The position numbers and the translations under genes are program-made. Of a DNA stretch of 64,000 nt, positions 57,705 through 64,000 are shown in pieces. Each line of letters opens with the position of its first letter. The stretch's first letter is position 1. Origin of the DNA: Candidatus Latescibacterota bacterium (GTDB lineage: Bacteria; Latescibacterota; UBA2968; GCA-2709665); NCBI GenBank assembly GCA_963667175.2, contig CAXXXF010000004.1, positions 160,001 to 224,000 on the forward strand, given 5' to 3'. The notes beneath the pieces are model-generated. The model was not told where the DNA came from, searched no databases, and worked only from the letters and a program-made list of their open reading frames with translations.

Positions 57705-60700
57705 TCTGCGCCTTTACAATCTCAAATATTCGGTACACCAGGCCCTCATTGTCGCCGAGTTGCGACCTTATAGCGTTGCGGACCTCCCGTTCCTTGAATT
57801 TGTTTCCACGCCAGTCCGCTTTCTTGACGCTACGAATGGCGTGATCAACCGCGACAGCCTTTGCGGAAAGTTCATCCGCGGAAAACTCCATCCCGGTGTC
57901 GGCATAGGGTTTGTCTTGCCCAAGTGCGGCACCCTGTAAGTTATCGAATAGAGACCTGAGCGTGTTGGTGTCGATTTCCGACGGATATGACGTCTCGGAT
58001 TCAGGGCTGCTGACTTTTTTGGCCAAGTCAATAATTCTCGCAAGGTACATCTTGTAGTCGAGGCTTTCCTGCTTACGCTGAAGGATCAGGGCGTCCAACA
58101 ACTCAGACATCTTGCCGTAATATTTAGGGTTGACCGGGGTCTCGTCGATGATGAGACGGCGGACGTTATTCTCTATCGTCTCGGCCGTCGCCTCCTGATC
58201 ACTGCGAATACCATCTGGAAGTGCATCTAACGCCTTATCGCCTCGTTTGACGATTAGCTGTACAAGTGTCAGATCGTCAAACGTCGAGAGTCTTTCACTT
58301 TCCTCGGCGCGGATGTAGGTGTCGAGAAGGTGCCGCATGGCCGGCTCATACATCTTCAGGTCAATGTAGTCGCCACTCGCGAGTTTGACCTCCTTGCGGA
58401 CATTCTCGTAGTGATCCACTTCTATTTTTATTTCCTGCGCCTCGGCATCACTGTAACCTGCCTCATGCATTTCGTTGGCCAGGTTGGCGTAAGCTCGCAA
58501 AAGCGCCGCAGTCCGCCTATAGAGGGCTAGACGCCGTGGCTCAGTTTCCTTGAGACCCTTGATACTTCCACCATCCGTCCCGCAGAAGAAACGCCGATAT
58601 GACGCAGAGTCGCGTGGCAGCGCGACCGGCTCACACAGCGCCCGTATAGCCTCGCGTGTCTCCTCAAGCCGCTCACGCCCCTTCGCGAGCCTGTCCGTCA
58701 GCAACCCCTGCACATCGGCATGGTCGTACCCGCCGAAGGCACCTCCGGTGTAATCCTGAATCGACTGCTCCAACGAACGGAACAGGTCCTTGTAGTCGAC
58801 GATATATCCGTACACTTTGTCCTCACCGTCGAGGCGGTTGACACGGCAGATCGCCTGGAAGAGCCCATGGTCCTGCATGTGTTTGTCGATGTAGAGATAG
58901 GTAGCAGAGGGTGCATCGAAACCGGTCAGGAGCTTATCTACCACGATAAGGAGCTTCATCTGCCCCGGCTCCTTTACGAATCGCTTCTTAACCTCGCGTT
59001 CAAACCGCTCAACCTTGTTCATTGCGGTGTCTTCCGGCTCGTTGAAGTGCACCGCAAGCATCTGTCGGTAGATACCGTACCGGCGTAGCCTCTCGGTAAG
59101 CCCTTCGCCGGTCTCCTCACCCTTGATGTCCCCGGGCGCTGGCTTGTAGGATGTGACGATGGCGCACTTACCCGCCAAATCAGTCTGCTGAAACATCTCA
59201 AAAAAGCGGCACGCAGAGTCGATGCTGCCAGAGACCAGCAGGGCGTTGCCCTTACCGCTCTTAAGTCGGTCGCATATCTCCATGTCTAGCTGAATGTCGG
59301 CGACGATTTTCTCCAAGCGATCCCGTGAACTTAACACTCTCCGCATGGTGCCCCAACGCTGTTTAAGTTGGGCCTTCGCTACGTCAGTCAATCCTTTGGT
59401 CTTGACTTCGAACCACTGATCTATCTTGTCCTGAGAGGTAATATTCTGGTCGATGTCACGTGCTTCGTAACGCAAGTCCAGCACCACGCCATCGCGCACC
59501 GCTTCGTCGTACTTATAGGTGTGGATGTAGGTTCCGAAGGTCTCGATGCTGCGGCGCTTATCTGCCTTGAGCAATGGGGTTCCGGTAAAGCCAATGAGCA
59601 TAGCGCCTGGTAAAATTGCCCTCATTGCCTCGTGAAGTTTTCCGGACTGGGTGCGGTGACATTCGTCCACGAAAACGAAAATCTCGCCCTTGGGACGGAA
59701 ATCACCGGGTAGATTCTTCTTGATCTCCTCGACGTAGGCCTCGATTTCTCTTTCGCTGATATCGTCGGTTGTACCGAACTTGTGGATAAGGGAGCCGATC
59801 AGCCACTCGTCGGGTCTGTTAAGTACCTGCACGAGATCAGCTCCACTTTTCGTCCGGTAGATGTCCTCGCTGACACCCTTGAAAACAGCCTCAATTTGCT
59901 CGTCCAACTCCGTGCGATCCGTTATGAGAAGGACCCTTGCGTCGGTGACGTTCTCGCGAATCCATTTCGCAAGCCAGACCATCGTCAGGCTCTTGCCACT
60001 CCCTTGCGTGTGCCAGATGATGCCACCCTCCCGGCTTTTCACTCGGACTTGGGCAGCCCGCGCACCGAAGTATTGGTTGTGGCGGCAAGTCTTCTTTACC
60101 CCAGCGTCAAAGACGACGAAGTCATGTATTATCTCAAGTAATCGCTCTTTGCTGCAGAGTTGACTCAGCTCGCGCAATAAAGGATTGTCGCCGGCAGCCG
60201 GGTTGGCGTTCGCTTCCTTCCAGTGCAGCCAGTATTTTTCAGGTGTCTCGATTACACCGTAACGCAACCCCTCGGTATCATTGCCCGCCATCACGAGTTG
60301 CACGGTGGTGAAAAAGGGGCGGATGAACTCCTTTTTCTGGTTGTCAAGGTTTTGACGAATGCCCTCGGTCACAGAAACCGTCGAGCGCTTCAGTTCCAGG
60401 ATCCCGAGAGCGATCCCATTGACGTATAGCACAATGTCCGGACGTTTGCTGTTCGTCGCTGAGATTGTAACCTCTTCGGCGATTGCAAAGTCGTTATTGC
60501 CAGGATTCTCCCAGTCCATCAGCCAGACAGTGACATTCGGTTCGCCGACGTCCGGTCGGACCTTCACTCCGTAACGGAGCAGGCTGTATACCTCGCGGTT
60601 TGCTTCGTATAGTGTCTTGCTGCCGCCGAGTGCTGATGCTTTGTCCAGTTCGCGCAGAACCTTGTTTACGACATTGTCGGCGTAACCATTGCGCTTCAGC

Positions 60701-60855
60701 CAATCGGTGAGCAGCCTTTTCTCAACATTACCGTTATCGGCGCGATCCTGCCAGTGGCCGAGATTGGAGTACCCTAGCGAATCCCGCAAGAAAGAAATCA
60801 CCCGTCGCTGTGTGCGAAATTCGTTTTGACCGATTGTGTTCATGTACGTTCGCAA
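57694..60855 (-). CDS. hsdR: Type I restriction endonuclease subunit R
   Basis: RPDIVLYVNG...ELK, WHTQGSGKS, DECHR, GFTGTP, LLTGFDAP, QAICRVNR. Confidence 0.97.
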   Translation of the reverse strand: MRTYMNTIGQNEFRTQRRVISFLRDSLGYSNLGHWQDRADNGNVEKRLLTDWLKRNGYADNVVNKVLRELDKASALGGSKTLYEANREVYSLLRYGVKVRPDVGEPNVTVWLMDWENPGNNDFAIAEEVTISATNSKRPDIVLYVNGIALGILELKRSTVSVTEGIRQNLDNQKKEFIRPFFTTVQLVMAGNDTEGLRYGVIETPEKYWLHWKEANANPAAGDNPLLRELSQLCSKERLLEIIHDFVVFDAGVKKTCRHNQYFGARAAQVRVKSREGGIIWHTQGSGKSLTMVWLAKWIRENVTDARVLLITDRTELDEQIEAVFKGVSEDIYRTKSGADLVQVLNRPDEWLIGSLIHKFGTTDDISEREIEAYVEEIKKNLPGDFRPKGEIFVFVDECHRTQSGKLHEAMRAILPGAMLIGFTGTPLLKADKRRSIETFGTYIHTYKYDEAVRDGVVLDLRYEARDIDQNITSQDKIDQWFEVKTKGLTDVAKAQLKQRWGTMRRVLSSRDRLEKIVADIQLDMEICDRLKSGKGNALLVSGSIDSACRFFEMFQQTDLAGKCAIVTSYKPAPGDIKGEETGEGLTERLRRYGIYRQMLAVHFNEPEDTAMNKVERFEREVKKRFVKEPGQMKLLIVVDKLLTGFDAPSATYLYIDKHMQDHGLFQAICRVNRLDGEDKVYGYIVDYKDLFRSLEQSIQDYTGGAFGGYDHADVQGLLTDRLAKGRERLEETREAIRALCEPVALPRDSASYRRFFCGTDGGSIKGLKETEPRRLALYRRTAALLRAYANLANEMHEAGYSDAEAQEIKIEVDHYENVRKEVKLASGDYIDLKMYEPAMRHLLDTYIRAEESERLSTFDDLTLVQLIVKRGDKALDALPDGIRSDQEATAETIENNVRRLIIDETPVNPKYYGKMSELLDALILQRKQESLDYKMYLARIIDLAKKVSSPESETSYPSEIDTNTLRSLFDNLQGAALGQDKPYADTGMEFSADELSAKAVAVDHAIRSVKKADWRGNKFKEREVRNAIRSQLGDNEGLVYRIFEIVKAQSEY

Positions 60856-60918
60856 TTTAGTAACTCGGGCCAGTTCACAACTCGGAGAAAGACATTGGCC
60901 GCATTCGATGAGTTGGCC

Positions 60919-61419
60919 TCAATCGTCCATCAGGTCTGGACATACAAACACCACGTGAATCCCATTTTTTTGAAGTGTTGCGCGGTGGTGCCACCAATCT
61001 GTATCAGATGCGTTTAACAACTCCGGACTAGAATGGCTAGCCAACGCTACAGCCACGAACTTTCGATCATCCCAATCGAAAGTATCGAGATCTGGGTCAT
61101 TGGGAAACTCCTCGAAGCCACGGTCTCGGTGAGGCTTTACTGTGATTTTCCGGCAATGCTGGTCGTTAGCTTGGTTTTTCCAAAGCCACAGGAAGAAATA
61201 GTCCCCGAGACCAGGCTCCCCTGAAGGGTTGAGGTTTCTTCGGTATTCGTCAATAATCAGATTCTCGTCGTCAAGAAGAAGCCGAAACCCTCCGTTCTGG
61301 ATCATACTTAATGTTTCTCTACACTTAAATATGCAACTCCGATTGAAGTCTTGGTAATTATGATTTGCAACTACGGCGACATTGGTATCCATGATTATCT
61401 CAGGTTTCTTCGAATTCAC
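60919..61419 (-). CDS. PIN-like domain protein
   Basis: IMDTNVAVVAN...IIDEY...DWDDRKFVAVA...SDTDW, the acidic PIN pattern. Confidence 0.75.
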   Translation of the reverse strand: MNSKKPEIIMDTNVAVVANHNYQDFNRSCIFKCRETLSMIQNGGFRLLLDDENLIIDEYRRNLNPSGEPGLGDYFFLWLWKNQANDQHCRKITVKPHRDRGFEEFPNDPDLDTFDWDDRKFVAVALASHSSPELLNASDTDWWHHRATLQKNGIHVVFVCPDLMDD

Positions 61420-61430
61420 TCGAGATACCC

Positions 61431-62786
61431 CTACCTATTCTGTAAGGCCTCGCTCATGGCGGCAATTTCACCGAACTGATCCCCAAAGAACCCTTTAGGC
61501 CAATTGGAAATATTCCCGAATTTGTCAAGCTCGAGCTGGCTAATGTTTGAGGCACCCTGGTCGTTCATTGAACAGAAATAAAGGCTAACGTCATCCTTGT
61601 TGATCTTTCCTTCTGCGATTCGACGTTGAAGTCTAAGCAATAGATGTTCGCTATGGCTTTCGAACAAGACCTGTACATTCCGCTGCTGCCAAGCGTCAAT
61701 AAATACATCAGCAAGGCCCGCTTGTACAGAAGGATGCAAGTGAATCTCTGGCTGCTCCAATATGATCTTGGACTTACGTGGAACATAGAAACAAAGCACC
61801 AATACGGGAAGTATCTGGGAAACTCCGAAGCCGATGTCAGTGAGGAGAACCTCAGCTGAATTGGGTGACTTACGGACCCTTACTTCGAATAAGCGTCTCC
61901 CTTTAGTCAATGCCACTACGCGAAAATCGTATATCAATCCGAGACGCATAAGCCATTGCGCGATATATCTTTCGAAACTTAGAGGTCGTCGTCGATGGCT
62001 AATCCTTCTTCCACGTTCGCGAGACGATAGGATTGCGTCTACCGCAAATTCGCCTGCCTGGCCCATATCGCGAGGTTGTGCACCAGATCGTGCGTAGATC
62101 CGAGACGGATAGGCACGCAGAGGTCCGAGATAAAAGAGACTCCTTAAGGACAATTCCAATGCGTATTGAAGGCTGTACATTATGGCCGGGTCTTTGAAGA
62201 ACTCAGGAAGCCAATATCTAAACTCGTGAAATTTAACCGAACGAACTAGCCTATCGTCATCCCTCACACGGTGAGACCTATCCCTTCCGGCACCACGTAC
62301 AAACAGATCGTGTTCCTTCTTTCCCGGTACTCGCACCAAACCAAACCGTCTTCCGCGGACAGTATATGCCATTTTTTTTACTAGTGGCGACTTCCCAGAA
62401 CCGACATTCTCCTCTGTGACATCGACATCAAATCCAATTTCGTCACCTGGCGTTGGAGGTTGGGTGTTAATCGTATCGTCAAATGGCAGCTCAATCTCTG
62501 AGTTCCAGCCGAGCGAAAGTCTAATACTTTGCTTTGTGTCATGCTGGTGGACCACGCTTTCAAAGTCACCTAGGTTCACAGGGGATTTTTCATCGCCGAA
62601 GTGAAATACAATTCCCGGGTCTGAAGAGTCGACCGTTTGTTTCATTAACAGCAAAGCTTGAAAAAGGCTGGTCTTGCCAGAACTATTGGTACCAAAAAAA
62701 CCTGTGATAGGCTTAAACGTAATGTCCCCTGTATCTTTCCAGGATTTAAAATTCTCCAAACGTAGCCGTGTCAACATTTGGGGCAC
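61431..62786 (-). CDS. ABC/AAA_21-type ATPase with C-terminal DUF3696
   Basis: LENFKSW, GTNSSGKT, GFGVSQILP, EQPEIHLHP, ESHSEH, WPKGFF. Confidence 0.92.
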   Translation of the reverse strand: MPQMLTRLRLENFKSWKDTGDITFKPITGFFGTNSSGKTSLFQALLLMKQTVDSSDPGIVFHFGDEKSPVNLGDFESVVHQHDTKQSIRLSLGWNSEIELPFDDTINTQPPTPGDEIGFDVDVTEENVGSGKSPLVKKMAYTVRGRRFGLVRVPGKKEHDLFVRGAGRDRSHRVRDDDRLVRSVKFHEFRYWLPEFFKDPAIMYSLQYALELSLRSLFYLGPLRAYPSRIYARSGAQPRDMGQAGEFAVDAILSSRERGRRISHRRRPLSFERYIAQWLMRLGLIYDFRVVALTKGRRLFEVRVRKSPNSAEVLLTDIGFGVSQILPVLVLCFYVPRKSKIILEQPEIHLHPSVQAGLADVFIDAWQQRNVQVLFESHSEHLLLRLQRRIAEGKINKDDVSLYFCSMNDQGASNISQLELDKFGNISNWPKGFFGDQFGEIAAMSEALQNR

Positions 62787-62995
62787 CTCCTCAGCGAGTA
62801 CCTAACTGTAAGACGTCAATTTAGCAATCCCAGGAGGCTCGGATCATTTCGTTCGTCAAAATTCATCTTATCTCCGTTTACGTCCGGCTTACTTCGAGAA
62901 TCGTCGACCAGAAAAGTCAAATCTCAGTTCCTTTTGCGGCCAAATTCCTGAAAAAACTGCCGAGATATTTCAATTCAACGTTAATTCCTGCGTTT

Positions 62996-63499
62996 CTAAC
63001 GATTCTCGGATTCCCTCTCAATGATACTTGCAAGCTGATCTTGTCTCCAGGGTACGACATTAATATTGTTGTCGATTATTGCCTTAGGAAGTCGTCGTGG
63101 AGGAGTGTTTCCTTTGTGCATAGCGACGACGGCTTTCCCAATTTCAATGCTCTCTCTTATCTCCCAGTCGACCCATTTGCTACTTACGGTATTTTCAGAC
63201 ACATAGACAACAGTTACAGAAGATTGGCGAATGCGTTCCCTAATACCGCGCCTAATATAGTCGGCTACCTCACTGTCGAACGGTTTTCTCAGTGACCAAT
63301 CATTGAAATTTATGTTGCTGTCTTGGTTCCTCGCCTGAGCACGCAGCAAATTAACCTCATTGAGATCATCCGATGAAAAGCTAATAAACACATTGCGTTT
63401 GTGCTCGTCGACACGATCCTTAAGGGACCGTCTGACACGCTGCTCGAGTGACTCCAGTTCGTTTGGGTCTAATCCTCTACCACTGCCTATGCCGCCCAT
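62996..63499 (-). CDS. TIR-like (DUF1863/MTH538, ThsB-like) protein with N-terminal GGIGSG
   Basis: NVFISF, DWS, IRERIRQSSVTVV, SKWVDWEI (catalytic Glu). Confidence 0.9.
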   Translation of the reverse strand: MGGIGSGRGLDPNELESLEQRVRRSLKDRVDEHKRNVFISFSSDDLNEVNLLRAQARNQDSNINFNDWSLRKPFDSEVADYIRRGIRERIRQSSVTVVYVSENTVSSKWVDWEIRESIEIGKAVVAMHKGNTPPRRLPKAIIDNNINVVPWRQDQLASIIERESENR

Positions 63500-63501
63500 T
63501 T

Positions 63502-64000
63502 CTATCTCCTTTTTTCAGCATTATCGATCTCAATACAAGCGATACAAACCCCGCAAGGATCTTTACCACCAGCGTGACACGAATAGGTTTGTGTGATCCC
63601 TCGTTTGCTGGCCAAAAGCAAGACATCTCGCTTTGACAATTCCAGTAAAGGCGCAAGGACAAGAATGCGGCTCCCCATCGCAATCTCGATCATCCTTTCA
63701 CATTCATCCAAGAAGTGTTTCGTCTGGTCTGGGAAGATGTGATCAGCGGGATTGAGTAGACCGAGCGCGATGCTATTTGCCTGAACATCAATTGCATGAG
63801 CCGCACCTGCCAAGACAAATAGGAGATTGCGGCCCGGCAAAAAAGCATCCTCATTTATGCGCAAATTACAGTTTGTGAGACCACTCGAGATCGTCTTTCC
63901 AAACCCAGACACGTCCATGTACGTAGCAGGTGGTAGACCAAATTGTGAGTGAAGGCGCTCGCAGGCCTCCCATTCCTCGCGTACGGCAAGTTGGCCATAG
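63502..64000 (-). CDS. QueC-like protein (Cap9/QatC type), 5' end outside the window
   Basis: Frame open to the window edge, reading YGQLAVREEW...FLPGRNLLF...FPD...SK.D...TYSCH..PCGVCIAC. Confidence 0.9.
   Translation of the reverse strand, partial: YGQLAVREEWEACERLHSQFGLPPATYMDVSGFGKTISSGLTNCNLRINEDAFLPGRNLLFVLAGAAHAIDVQANSIALGLLNPADHIFPDQTKHFLDECERMIEIAMGSRILVLAPLLELSKRDVLLLASKRGITQTYSCHAGGKDPCGVCIACIEIDNAEKRR

Noticed and set aside
62996-63499. Canonical Thoeris system
   Set aside because: No SIR2/SLOG or Macro-TM ThsA is visible and the neighbour is QueC-like. An upstream partner outside the window cannot be excluded.

Overview
A GC-rich bacterial window with several AT-richer patches. 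The gene content (SupA-type PKS, sterol-methyltransferase homologue, heparinase, TonB receptor, TolC) suggests a Gram-negative marine-sponge symbiont, but that taxonomy is inference. In order: (1) an ORF-less group II intron 3' part (1-514). (2) A lipid/steroid-tailoring island (1.1-18.6 kb) encoding a hydroxyacid-oxoacid transhydrogenase, a KshA/Neverland-like Rieske oxygenase, a COG2907-type FAD oxidoreductase, a sterol C-24 methyltransferase homologue, a GPP34-P450 fusion, an Lcp/MpaB-type oxygenase and a tripartite RND pump. Deletion scars of paralogous copies of these genes lie between them. (3) A sodium:solute symporter, heparinase II/III-like lyase and hemB. (4) trpS followed by a degenerate TrpRS paralogue, each with its own Trp-codon leader and terminator. 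(5) An ADP-ribosylglycohydrolase, an unclassified IS-like element carrying in-frame palindromic mini-insertions, a low-GC M15-peptidase/FG-GAP pair, a group IIC intron fragment and a TonB receptor. (6) The supA-type PKS with ACP and hydrolase, surE, an NCS2 permease with an anti-sigma-kinase-like tail, and a STAS protein. (7) A defence island with an N6-MTase plus PD-(D/E)xK protein, an orphan antitoxin, duplicated YgjP/M48 genes, type I hsdR, PIN plus AAA ATPase, and a Gly-tipped TIR protein behind a QueC-like gene cut by the window edge. I saw no rRNA, tRNA or CRISPR array. All family calls come from motifs read by eye; no database searches were run.
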